This document shows positions 1 to 12,837 of a stretch of DNA of 64,000 bases, one piece after another. The notes under the pieces were generated by a model, which made no database searches, was not told the origin of the DNA, and saw nothing but the letters and a program-made list of their open reading frames with translations. The stretch is from positions 38,180,388 through 38,244,387 of the forward strand of contig NC_092670.1 of the NCBI RefSeq assembly GCF_964355755.1. Reading direction: 5' to 3'. The DNA is from Antedon mediterranea. Its lineage: Eukaryota > Animalia > Echinodermata. Position 1 is the first letter of the stretch, and the number at the start of each line of letters is the position of its first letter. The translations under genes were made by a program, and so were the position numbers.

Positions 1-47
1 CTATTGCGTAGTGCGAACTGACTAGAAAACAAACAATATACCAAAAA

Positions 48-2337
48 GGTGTCTGATCATTTCGGCCGCCAGTCATTTCGGCCGCCGGTTATGGAACGCC
101 CAAAATCATGAAACGCCAAAAAAGACAAAATATGTATTGTTCATTTCGGCCGCCAGAATCGTCAATATTGTTAATAACGTATTGTTACTTACTTACTTGT
201 CAAAAAGGGTGTATACATGTGCCTATCGCCTGAATAGACGTGTGTAAATGGTGTCAGATGAAATCGGTCGCGCTTGAAATCGATCGCGTTTGAAATCGGT
301 CGCGATAAAATAAACATCCGGTATTTTGTATGGAGCGCCGCTAGATACGCTTTTTATCCTATTAGTTACGTTTGATATCGGTCGCGTTTTATTTTGGTCG
401 CGCTAATTTGTATATGGCGCATTAGATACATTTTTAATGAAAACGGTCATTAGACATTATGTTTTTAGTTAATTGTGAATATTGGAATTTCTAATAATAC
501 TGTTTGACATTTTTTTAAACCTCGATCGTTATTTTTTAAGTACAGTAAATATTAATATTTATCTCATTATTTATAAATAATTTGTGTTTCCATTTTATCT
601 TACAGGTTTTAATGAATTGTAATGTGTTCTTTTAGCATGCCGTTGTTTAAGGTTTTGAAAATAAATAATAATTTAATAGTTAAACAAGTAGTAGACGCGC
701 CTATTGCGTATTTTTTAATCACAGTTAACTACGAAACTCGTTCTATACCTGCAAGTGGATACCAGCTCAATGAGGTTTATGCAATAAAGGAATTTGATGC
801 ATGATGATGATTTTTGCATTCGATATCCGCCACTCTGACGACGTGAGCATGGTTTAGGATAATAATAAAATATATAGATAATATTCCGTTATAAATCAAT
901 CTACCAGCCCTACAGTATGTCTATGATGTACAATGATAGATGTGAGAATAATGTTTGGATAATAAAGGTGGACACGATTTTCAAAGAGGTACTGATATTT
1001 AAACATTTAGATTTACGAACGTCGTATGGATGTTATGTGAGACTACTTACTTAATTATTTACATTAAATGATTATTGTAAATAAAGAAATAACAGATATT
1101 TTTCAAATTAAAATCTATAGTATCGACGTACAGTATACGTAAATTATATACATCGTTTCCCAAAAACACGTGCAGGAGGCCTATAGACGTTTTAAAAGTA
1201 TGGTTATTAGTAATAGACGTCATCTTTACCTGGCCATGAACAACGATCGTACGTGTTTTGTCCATGATTTGACACACTAACAAGTGCGTGCTTTTTAAAA
1301 AGGGGAAACCCCGTCAGCAAAATAACGCATTGTTAGAGGAAACATTAGAAATAAAAGTATACACGTGATTTGTCTCAACAATTATTATTGTACACTTAAT
1401 AATATTATCCTACATAAAGTATGTAAATAAAATAAAAAAATAAAAATTATGTGATCGAATAGTATGTTGTTAACGACATGATATAATCTGCCACAGTATG
1501 CATAAGTATAACAATGGATACGCTGGCTTTACGGGCTATACATTGTAACAATTATTGTTTTTAAATAAATTGTTCTCTTTTACGTAATTGTTTGCATAAT
1601 AAAGGACAGACGTATATTCTCTATATAATATATTAATTACAGTACATATAACTGGAGGTAAATTATTATATGCCTGATATAATATTTACCTAATTTAATA
1701 TTTAAACGTGTTTAGAAATGACTATTTTGGAAAGACATAGTCCATCTCCGATACCTGTGAAATACATTTAAAATTAATAATGATTGATAACCAAATAAAA
1801 AATATCCACATAAATAATCTAGCCCCTAAAAAATATCAATTAAATCTATATAAATGAAGAAAATGTATATCCCGCTAGCATGCATCCCGCTCCATACAAA
1901 ATAGGGCGACCGATTTCAAACGCGACCGATATCATCAAAAAACCGTGTAAATCATTAGTTTAGTAGTTTTAACTAAAGTATTTCTACACGACTTATTTTA
2001 TTTCACAGTGGTTGTTGTGGGGGGGGGGGAGGGGCTGAGAGGTTGTAGGGCTCAGTCAGGAAGAAGCCGACGAATGACAGTAAAATAGCGCAACTCTATA
2101 CAAATCATCAAAAAGTATGATCGTTTTTGTTGATTGCTGCTTGAATACGCACGTCTATTCAGGCGATAGGCACATGAATACACCATTTTTTATAATTGAG
2201 GCGTGCCATACATTAACAATATTGACGATTGGCGGCCGAAATTAACAATACATATTTTGTCCTTTTTGGCGTTTCATGATTTTAGGCGTTCCATAACCGG
2301 CGGCCGAAATGACTGGCGGCCGATATGCACTGTGACC
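48..2337. mobile_element. Non-autonomous TIR DNA transposon (outer element, MULE-like), ~200-bp TIRs, 8-bp TSD
   Basis: 48-246 is the imperfect reverse complement of ~2146-2337 (e.g. ttcggccgccggttatggaacgcc / ggcgttccataaccggcggccgaa; gcctatcgcctgaatagacgtg / cacgtctattcaggcgataggc). Termini are GGT...ACC. The direct repeat accaaaaa lies at 40-47 and 2338-2345. Superfamily is inferred. Confidence 0.85.
250..1944. mobile_element. Non-autonomous TIR DNA transposon nested in the outer element, 8-bp TSD
   Basis: Left end is ggtgtcagatgaaatcggtcgcg with tandem atcggtcgcg motifs and tattttgtatggagcg. Right end is cgctccatacaaaata...gcgaccgatttcaaacgcgaccgatatcatcaaaaaacc. TSD gtgtaaat at 242-249 and 1945-1952. 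Confidence 0.85.
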
Positions 2338-2456
2338 ACCAAAAAAGGGCATTTTTTTTGTCCACACCACTGCACTGGCACAGTTCGGCCTAAAAACGCA
2401 TGGCCTACATTCTAGGCTTAGATCAAATGAATAACAACCACCTAACAAATACTTAC

Positions 2457-2482
2457 CAATCATCAGGATCCTTACTTTCCAT
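2457..2482 (-). CDS. Possible first coding exon (MESKDPDDW...) of a divergent gene continuing left of the window
   Basis: Minus strand reads aaacATGgaaagtaaggatcctgatgattg|gtaagt, with good Kozak context and a consensus donor. No downstream exon was found, so this is weak. Confidence 0.25.
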
Positions 2483-3269
2483 GTTTAAAGGCAATGATGG
2501 CTTCGTACAATTTATAAACAACAAACTAGGCCTTATTAGGCCTAGCCCTATTTTATCTTACCATACACACGCCAGGCAGCATGCAGTGCAAAGATCGATG
2601 CAGTGTGACCGATACCGACTCTGTACACGTAAGACGTGTGAGAGTGTGACGAAAAAAACAGCGAAAGTCGAGCGTTTTTTTTAGGAGTATTTATAGTATG
2701 ACACGCCATATTGGAAATAAACGGTTCGTTTTTATTTCTAATTTTCAATTACAGAATTATTATATTAGATCAAAAACATTCTAATAATTTAACTATCATT
2801 TGCTTTATGTTTCATACATTTTGGGATTGTTTGCTTTTATTTTATTTTTCCATTTTCTTGGAAGTAAAACATCAGATTGAACTACTATAAAAATTCTGAC
2901 TAGTTTTTATAGCAGAATTTTGCTCAATTTTGTATTTGATCATTTTAGGAGATTCAGGTGTTTTTTGTTTGTTTGTTTTTTTTTTGCCGTGATTTTTTCA
3001 TGCCCATCTATACTAGCTGAGCTTTAGGGGGGAAATGGAGTAAAAAACCCATACACAAAAACCAAAACACGTCACCGTTTCTCATTTATTGGTGTTATGC
3101 ACCTCATGAACTGACCAATCTTTGGCGTCAATGTAAAATCATCAACAGTTGATTTTCGATTAATTTTAAGACAGTAGACAGTTTTCGAATTGTTGATTAT
3201 AAACCATAAAATGAAGAGGTGGTCAAAAGGACGTTCGATGTAAATTTGTCTTCCTCCGCTCAACTGGAA

Positions 3270-3783
3270 TTATGACGTACCAAAGTGACGTAGGCAAAAT
3301 CAGAATCACCATATCTGACATCTAATCAGATATGTATTGTTTTCTTCTCGGTTCATCCGTAGAGCAAAAACCGGTGTATGGTTTATGGTTTATCAATATG
3401 AACTTTAGATCGAAACTTCCCGGCCCTTTCAACCTGTGTGACGTCATGTGACGCGAATTATTCACATCGCAATCTATTTCCGTTTTATGTCAGAACAGTC
3501 AACCAGAACAGTAATCACATTGACAGCAGGACTAACGAACGTTCCTCCCGTGGAACCAGTGCATTCATTGCGGTAACGATTACGTTTGTTGAGATCTATT
3601 TACATACCCGCTAGCCAACTGCTCATGCAATAACACATCATTCATAACTTTGAGTTGAGTCACCGGGCGTACGGTTACCGCAACCACCCGGGCGTCGTGG
3701 CAGTAGTAGTTAGTTGGTAACGGAGGACTGTAGGCCTACATTAGAACTACCGAAAAGTGTACCACCTCAACAAAACGGTAAGT
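3270..3783 (+). promoter_or_regulatory. Putative promoter and non-coding first exon of the TRIM gene
   Basis: Locally CpG-richer. Contains TGACG half-sites, a full CRE TGACGTCA at 3439-3446 overlapping GTCATGTGAC, and donor cg|gtaagt at 3778. A candidate acceptor (cttccttctgttag) ends at 6879, upstream of the ATG. Confidence 0.4.
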
Positions 3784-5794
3784 TTTTTTTTCAATCTTAC
3801 TTTCTAATAAAAAAATTTACAATTTATGATTAAGAATTAATTATCTATATGAAATAATTAAAACAAACAAACTAGGTCTGGCTTAACTTTGATTTAATTT
3901 TAAAGTTCACCGAGATGGCAGCTATCATCAATATCAGTTCAATAACATATCATGGTTCAATTGTATCGGATAGATTTACCTCAAGGTCAACAAATTGAAA
4001 AGTAATGCATTACTTAGACACAAAAGGGCTTAACAGCTACTACTGGAATTGTGTTAATAACAATTAAACGAATTAGGTAGGCCCACGTCCTGTATAAAAT
4101 TAAGAAAAACAAACATGCCACTAACTAAGTTACTAACAATTGAATACAGTAGCTGGCCTACATACTATTTTCAGATCCAAAAGTCACGTCTTGTTGTGGT
4201 AAATTTCCTTATTTTTCATTCATTCAATTCACATTTATTTATAGTCATATCGTTTATAATTACCTTATTTCAGGTACACGCGAGTCCTCGCGCATTCATC
4301 ATGGTCCACCTCTCCCTAAATTAATAAATATCGACATTGTACTGTATTTTAAGTAGACCTAAAATGACAAAACACGTTCCCTAAAACATAGGCCAATTTT
4401 CAATAAATTTCATGGTTTACCATGTCTGTGTTTCAAGTAATAACTTCATAGTGTATTCCCACGAAACGAGGCGATTAATATTACCTCACACCTTATCTGA
4501 GCCACTCCTGCTATATACTTAGAAATTTAACATGCGTAATTTATCAAGAATTAGGTTTATACAAAAACTTAATGATTGTGAAATTATAGCTTTGGTTAAT
4601 TTTTACTAAAGTAGGCTACTGCTACTACTACCATTCAACTACCGGTCAATAAACACTCCCGTGTTTTATGTGGTGGAACATGATAATTAATACGGCCGCC
4701 GTAGGGATAATCATTAATTTTCCATGGTGGTTTTACACACAAAACGCAACACAATATTTGAGCAATAAAAGCGACTGTGTATTGATTGAAAGTTGATACG
4801 AACGTGTTAGAGCATTGTCGTCACATATTGGTAAAGATTTCTTGTAATAAACTTCCCCAAATTGATTAATTGAATTTTTTTTTATGTGTTCAAACATGGT
4901 TCAAAATTGAAGAACGTGTCACTCCAAATTAGGTTCCACTGCCAAATTAGGTACCGAACTTAATTTGGCGTCTAAGGCGCGGTACAAACGCAACTACTAG
5001 CCTACAGTAGGCCTATATTATCTAAGTATTATAACAGTAGGCCTACATCGTGGAAACACATACCACTGCGATGTGTCAAAAGAAAGTCCTACTGTGAGAT
5101 GTTAAGTGTATAAATGTACAATTGTCACGTGCTTGTGATGTAACACAGCTTGAGGTCTACTTTTATTCAGTATGGTAAAACGATCTATGAAACAAAAGCA
5201 GTATTATTACTAATAATGTAGAATCATGTATTACTTTCTTTTCTGGTGGTAAGTACGTACACAACGGAACTAAAACGTCAAATTAGTTTATATCTTTCTA
5301 CTACTATTCAACAGGTAAACTTTACCTTACATTTTATAACTAAGCTAGTTTCTATTTTTTTTTTCTGTTTTGTTGGGATTTCACCGAATTATTTCTTCAG
5401 GGAGTTTGCTTCTTTGGTTAATTCATGGAACATACAATATTTGTCTTTACTCCATGAATAGATCACCACATTTTACCAGTAAAAATGATAGCATAACATT
5501 ATATACAGTCATTTCAACTCCTAAATACCGTAAACTATTTTTAATGAACAGCATAGAAAAAATCGTAATTCAAAAAACCAAAATCCATGTCCTGTTTGAC
5601 TGTATGTCTCAAGTGTCACGTCTAAACCTACTAGCATACAGTAGCTGTCGATCATCCTATTGATAAGGCCTCTCCATGGATTAAAGCAAGGTTTGTCAAT
5701 GGAAAGTATACGTAATCGTCGGAAGAGGGGTTCCTGTATTGCAAAATCTAATTATTGTAGTTTTTAATCGAGGCCTATATGTTAGAACATATGT

Positions 5795-6328
5795 AAATAA
5801 CAAATATTTAAACTGCTACATGGGATATGGCATGTAAACAACGAATGAAGATATGGAAAATATCTTCTGAAGAAATGTGCGAACACTGCCAAAACGAAAT
5901 TGAGACAGACAAGCACATGCTTTTGAAATTTAAAAGTATCCAAAAAGTATGGACAAAATTCAACAACATGATTCTAAAATGCTATACACTTGAAGAAACC
6001 GTACATGATTGGCTAGACATTGTTATTGGAACAAAAAGTGAAAATGTCAATGAATTATTATCATTGTTTACTTTTGTATTTATAAAACAAATTTTATTAA
6101 ATCATTAGAAAAGCATTCAAAAATTAGATCAAAGGTCGTCTGGAACTTGTTCCGATTGAGCTAAAAAATCTTATACAGAATCAATATGCTTGTAACATAA
6201 ACAAGGCAAAAAAGAAATGGGGTAACGTAAAAAGAAAATTATTAACTTGTATTTCTTAAAATTACTACAATGTGTAATATGAAGAATGAAATAAAAGTGG
6301 GTTGGCCCCACGAAAGAGAAGAAAAAAA
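5795..6328 (+). mobile_element. 5'-truncated L1/Tx1-type LINE remnant (ORF2 C-terminal zinc-knuckle region)
   Basis: ORF 5827-6108 has CEHC-x4-ETDKH, resembling zf-RVT. It is followed by aataaa (6289) and an A-rich tail. Flanking direct repeat aacatatgt at 5786-5794 and 6328-6336. Confidence 0.7.
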
Positions 6329-6978
6329 ACATATGTTAATTATGACACTGTGTATATACTAAGAAACATAAACATTCTTATATTATATCACGGACGAGAT
6401 CATAGCATTATTTACACATTTCGGCTCAAATTGTTCCCTTTAGGCGTGTCCTCCATTGAATAAGCCCCTTGTCTCCCCTTTTGGTGTCCCCCAATAAGGC
6501 TGTAGTGTTATGGAATATTTCCCCTTGTTCTTTCACACAGAAAGGTGACCCTTTTGGTGTTCCCTGAGTAGGCGTGTCCCAAAGGTAACAGTACTAGAAA
6601 ATGTTATATTTGAATTCTCCCCCAAATACGCGGGATACGCCCCACCCCTAATTTTAAAAAGGTGGATCACCCATCCATTATTAAACAACTCGGCAATGAT
6701 TTCAATCCGATTGTGAGATGACGTAGGCCTACTCAAAATACTGTTATGAGGAAGTATAATTTAGGAATAATTTTAATACGCAAGAGTACACTACGACAAT
6801 ACAACGCTTTTAAAAAGAAATATTGTTTATTGCTGACGTTTCTGACTTGCCATATTTAAATCGAGCTTCCTTCTGTTAGACATCAGAACAGTGCGTAATT
6901 ACTTCCTTTAACCGTTTCCCTTTCCCTCATATAGGATAACAACAGAGAAGAAGGGAATATATACGCCACATTGAAGCT

Positions 6979-9900
6979 ATGACCACTGAAGCAATGAACT
7001 CTGAACGCGATTCGAGAAGTAAATGCCCGAACATACTTCAGAACTGCGATGATTGTGGAGAACAATTCGACACGAAAAACAGGCGGGCAAAGTACCTCCC
7101 GTGCCTACACACTTTCTGTGAACGCTGCTTAGTGAAAGAAACGAAGGGTAAAGACTTGTTTACCTGTTCAGAATGTACCATGCAGGTAAGTTTTATCCAT
7201 CATAATATGATTATAATTAATTTCACGACAATAAGTTTACACATAAAAGTTTACGATGGGGGTATGAACTTTGTGGTTTAACTGTCAATAGCATATTAGT
7301 TAACAATAATTGTATGGAATAAGGCGGCGTCTGAGCGGAAACCTTCAGGCCCAATTTAGTACTAACTATTTTAAAGCATTCCTGTACAATCTAACTGAAT
7401 AAACTGTCTATTGTTCGATAAATTATTTCAATTACATATGCTATACTGTAGCTTCATTTAAAAAAAAACGAATCATAAATATGTGGTTTTAGAATGTTAG
7501 TATACAAGCATATTATTTAATGAAAAATTATCCGGTATTCGAAATTGATACTGAAATCGTTCGGTGGTTGTTCAGTGTTATTTACAATTAGTTCGCGTAC
7601 TTTGAAGGTTTTAGTTTCACACTGCAATTAATTCTTCTAAATTATTCACATACGATAAACATTTTATCCAAACGACAGAGAGGACGAATAAACATTTAAA
7701 TTAGATACTAACAACAGCATGTCGGCTCTCAAGCGCGTCGACTATGATGTATATATGAGGATATGTAAGTTTAACGGTTAGTTGTAATGTACAGCATCAT
7801 AAACAAAATTAAAATACAGAAGCGATTAGAGGTTGTTGATCACTGTCAGTACAGTTTTATCATCCATTAATCGCTCTAAAGCATCCGAACGAATACTATT
7901 TGAAAGCATTTATTTTCGCGGTTTAAATATTTGCGATTTAAATATTTGCGATTTCAAAACGTATAATACACTTATCCATTGCCTATTGGAAAGTCAGTCA
8001 TTTTCATGCGCCCTCGGTTAATTTGAGCAAATTTGCGAGCATTAAAATGTGTTTACGGTATAATATCCGGGAAGATCAATCAAAACAATCATGATTGATC
8101 AATAGGCATAAGACCATTAAATAATGGTACAGTATATACAACTAGTATTAAACAGACAGTGACAAAGAGGCACAAAGTTGACGCGCACGAGGGCATAAAT
8201 TATTGTTGTACCACTAATTACACGCGTGCGTGCGTGAATATGCACGATTTAAAACAAAAAGTACGTATCAATTTCTCACTCTCGGACGGCAATTCGATTC
8301 CCTATTAAAGCTTGGTTTCCACTAGGATGCAACGCAAGGACGCAAACGCCACCGTGTTGACCAATGGCAAGCAAAACAGTTCAAATAATCCATCGTATGT
8401 GATTGGTCAACTCACTTACGTTGCGTTACGTCCTTGTGTTGCGTCTCTAGTGGGAAACAGGCATAAGGAAACTATGGTTTTGCGTAGCGCATAAGGGTTT
8501 GGATCCTGTTTATTGTGGTAGTAATATCTTTCCACGTGACCCAACCCACACATCCTAACATTTTCCTTTGTGTATTGTAGGTTTACGTTCCTTCAAATGG
8601 AGTCAAAGGTTTCCAGGAAAACTATTTCATCATGAATCAACTTGAAAAATATAAAAAAGATCAAGGTGTCAAAAAGCGTCGGAAGCTTAGTTGCAGACGG
8701 TGTAACCGAAATGCTCCCGCCGAAGCATGGTGCGTAGAGTGCGGTACGTTTATATGTATGCGCTGCATACGTGCGCACAACGAACACCCTTTGGTCACTC
8801 ACGAGGTTTGCCATTTATCCAGGCTCAACTCTTCGATGAGGAGAAAAGTTGCTCAGTCTAGGGAAAGATGCGTTAATCACATTAAAGAAGCCGTAGAATA
8901 TTTCTGCCAGACGCCCGGATGTAACAAACCGATATGTAGGAAATGTCTACATAACGAGCACAGTGAGCATAACCACGACGTGACGTCACTGACTGACTTG
9001 GTCACCAGGTATAAAGAAGAACTTCAACGACTTTTACAAGCGGTGAAAGTGAAGGAAGATACGTTGCAGAAACAGTCAGAAAATATACAGTTAGAAATGA
9101 AAGAATTAGAAAATTCAATGAATGATACAGAAAAACAGGTACGCTACTTTACGGTATATTTGTGGCGATTTTAATGATTGAATTGGCTAAAACGGTTTAA
9201 GGAGAGTAGAATCCAAAACTCGACGTGGGGAAAGTGGAAGTTAAAACTAACGAATAACGAATCTCAGATAACTTTAAGCTCTGTCTACACACTATCAAAC
9301 TTTATGTGATAAAAAGTGTGATGTATCCAGCTGATATGACATCGTGTCCATATAAGGGAACATCACATTTTGTGTCACATAAAGTTTGATAGTGTAGACA
9401 GAGCTTTAAGGACATACAATATTGATACTAAAAAAGACTGACACATAGTTGACGCGGGCGCACAAATACAATTTATAAATTTGAATACGAGAATGTGGAG
9501 ATGTATCTTAATTACGGCTAACTTGTTTTGGTAAATAATTAAAGTTGTAAAAAGCTATTCGTGTTCTCTGCGCCACATTGCTCACAATTTGTTTATTCTT
9601 ATTTTGTAGGTCAGAGATTATTTTGATGAATGTCGACAAACAATCAACCAGCAAGAACAAAATAGTTTATCTCAGTTGAACAAATTAAGGTCGGACTGGT
9701 CGACGTTAATGGGCAAACAGAGTGCTGATGTCACCAAAACGTTGTCTCGTATGTGCGCTGGCTCCACATTTACCGCTAACTCAATGGAGTATGGCAGTGA
9801 CGTACAGATCGCTCGATCCCAACCACTAATGAAAGCTAGACTAGAGGAATTATCCTCAACCAATGTAACAATAGGTCCTCAAACAATGGGAACGTTACGT

Positions 9901-10818
9901 TTTAATAAACCGGTCATAATAGACGTGGTCGATGACGTCATACAAAGTGGAATTATTGTTGCGAGTTGTGTTCACCCACCTAAAACGGTAGTCTCAATTC
10001 CATCCGCTCTCGTACATACCGATTGCGTGGTGACTATTGAACCGCGAGATAAGTTTGGTAACAAATACAACGGGTTGACTAAAGATGATATTTCGACAAC
10101 GTTATCATGTGAATTGTTTTCAAACGAAGCAATCGGACACAAGTTGAGGAGCGGTGCTAATGGATCGTTTGAAGTTCTCTACAACCCATCCTATATCGGA
10201 GAGCATAAACTAGGCGTGACGATTTTCGGTCACGAATTACAGAAGAAATTTTCCATTCGGGTTCATCCATTTATTTTACATCCGCAAGTAGGCTACAAGG
10301 GCGAACTGTCTTATATTATTATAGAGACGCCAAATTGTACTTGTGCCGGTACGCCTCACACAATTGAAATTGATGACATAACCACTGTGAAAATAAAAGC
10401 GCCCTCTGGTCAACACCTAAGTTTCAAACTTCGAGACAATCACGATAGCACATACAGCGCCACCTTTAGGCCAACTGAACACGGTGAGCATATCGCTGAC
10501 GTTAGCGTCAAATGTAAAGCGACGTTCATCGCTGAACGAAAAGTTGCCAAGATCAATGTGGTAAACCGCCACGTAGAAAGTTTGTTACCGCCGTCAAAAT
10601 ACGCTGTACGCCGCAGTCCAATTCTCAGTTCACGGACAAACGGCCCTCGTGTGAATCTAAAAACAGGTCCTAAAATTAACCATAGGCCTAAGAACGATTT
10701 GATGCGAGACTCGAGTCCGTTCAACTCGCCAAAGAGCTCACCATCAGGGAGTCCTGTCTTGCCGCGTGTGCCCAATCAGAGAATTTCAATTGTAGCTTTT
10801 GAAGAAGATATATCGTAA
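6979..10818 (+). CDS. TRIM45-like E3 ligase: RING, B-box1, B-box2, coiled coil, two filamin/Ig-like repeats, S/P-rich tail (~657 aa)
   Basis: Exons 6979-7185, 8581-9138 and 9610-10818 join in phase 0 with GT-AG introns. RING CDDC...CLHTFCERC...CSEC; B-box1 CRRC...CVEC...CMRCIRAH; B-box2 CVNH...FC...CNKPICRKC...H..H; filamin motifs RDKFGN...GSFEVLYNP..IGEHKL and DNHDSTYSATFRPTEHGEH. Confidence 0.9.
8309..8463. mobile_element. Palindromic MITE family B (AGCTTGGTTCCCACTAG..., PIF/Harbinger-like) in TRIM intron 1
   Basis: agcttggtttccactag...acgcaaggacg...cgtccttgtgttgcgtctctagtggga; shares sequence with copies at 10852, 11110, 12064 and 51355. Confidence 0.75.
9277..9405. mobile_element. Palindromic MITE family A (AGCTCTGTCTACACTATCAAAC..., PIF/Harbinger-like), TTA TSD
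   Basis: tta|agctctgtctacactatcaaactttatgtga...tcacataaagtttgatagtgtagacagagct|tta. Confidence 0.9.
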
Positions 10819-10851
10819 CATTACATAGAGAAATATTATGAAGAAATGTAA

Positions 10852-12390
10852 AGCGTGGTTCCCACTAGCGACGCAACGCAAGGACGCAACGCAACGCAAG
10901 TTAATTGACCAATCACAAGCGATGGCTTATCCGATTGTGATTGCTAACTGTCTATAACTTCGCTTGTCATTGGTTAAAACGCTTGCGTTGCGTTTACGTC
11001 CTTGCGTTACGTTCTAGTGGCAACCAAGCTTTAACGTGTGCTTACAAAACTGAAACTGTATGAATGTATAATTGTTCTGAGCATCGCCCCAAAATCATCT
11101 AATGATGATCCCACTAGAGACACAACGCAAGACGTAACGCAACGTAACAGTGATTTGACCAATCACAAGCGATGGATTATTCGAACAGTCGCTTGTCATT
11201 GGTCAGCTCGATTGCGTAGTGTCTACGTCCTTGCGTTGCGTCATAGTGGGAACCAAGCTTTAGGAGTGAGTTTATCGCCAAAAGTGGTATAGGCCTACCA
11301 CAACTGTACTTCCGTAGAGGCAGTTTCATTTAATAACAGTACTATGTAAAGATTTAACTTATACTGACTTATGACAGTATTATTGTATTTTAGCTAGTCT
11401 GGGTTCCAGACGGAGTTTTGTCTTAATATTAGTTAAAAGATAAATATTTTGGCACATATGGCGTTTCATACGTATACTACTTGATTTTGGATTTTTCAAA
11501 CAAAAATCGCGGTCGAAATAAAAACAAATAAATAAAAAAAAAAAGATAATACAGACTTGGGGCAAGTCTATATTTTAGCGTATAATATACACATTCCTAT
11601 TTACTGTATTAGTTTTTTAAAATAATCGTTTAGTTTTTAGCACAAAAAAACATCAAAGGTACATTTTTTATTATTTTATTCATTATGACTATTATTTTAT
11701 TGTTAAATTTATAAATTATTTATGTAGCTTAAACTTGATTAAAAAATGTTGGCCAAGTAATTTCTGTTTGTTTTGTTTGTTAATGTCTAATGGATTTTTA
11801 AATATATTTTACATTATGTACGTCAACACAAAGGTTAAGACGGTGACATCCTTTTTAGCTATACTGAGGTAATATAAAATAGGCCTACAAGCAACTAAAG
11901 TACATTGAACGGTGTGAAACTTAAATAAGACGATTTGCTTTACATGACATTCCTTTAAACTCGCATCTAAAAGTGGAAGCAAACGATTGTATACACTATT
12001 ACTATTAAATTGGAACGAAAAAGAAGAATAAATAATTTCGTCAAACTTTAAACATGAATTTGTAGCTTGGTTCCCACTAGAACGAAACACAAGAACGAAT
12101 CGCAACTAAACTGATTTAACCAATCAAAAGCGATGGATTATTCGAACCGTCGCTCATCATTGGTCAACTCGCTTGTGTGGTGTCTACACGTCCTTCTTGT
12201 GTGTTGCGTCTCCGAGAACGGAACGCAGTGACGCAAAGTGCTGCATAGCGTAATCACAAGTGGGAACCAACGACGCAAACATCGTAGATTTGACTTCACG
12301 CAGGCGGAGACTAACACAATTATCGGAAGGGCATTTTCTTACGTTGCGTAGGTTACGAATTGCGTTACGTTCTAGATGGAACCACAACTA
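10852..12390. mobile_element. Cluster of family-B MITE copies (10852-11030, 11110-11259, 12064-12390) between the convergent TRIM and GPCR 3' ends
   Basis: Shared TIR (A)GCTTGGTTCCCACTAG and core gaccaatcacaagcgatgga...gtcattggt in each copy. Confidence 0.8.
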
Positions 12391-12837
12391 TTACAGGATT
12401 AATTGCGCAGTCCTAAAAGCCTTTAAAGCAAATTATAAATAGATTAGATTATATTAATCTAATTCCTAAATTACGAAATAAATAGGTTCACCACGAACAC
12501 ATTAACTGACCTACCCAAGTTTACGTAAACATTAAATTATACTCTTATCAGTCTATGTGCAATAGAACAGTAAAAACATTAACTTTCGCCTCGATAGCCA
12601 AACCCAAGCTAAACTAAATATTTTAACTGATTTTACACGTAACAAAATACCGCTTAAGGCCAATTTACACAGACGAGCGGTAACGGTAATATATATATAG
12701 AATCTATGTTATTCCTTATGACTATTTCACACACAATGGGCGGTTTCCCCCTCAGGATAGATACAGATTTTACGTGGGACAAGCTACGCGGTTTTCCGCT
12801 TACCGTTACCGCTCGTCTGTGTAACTTAAAGCAGCAT

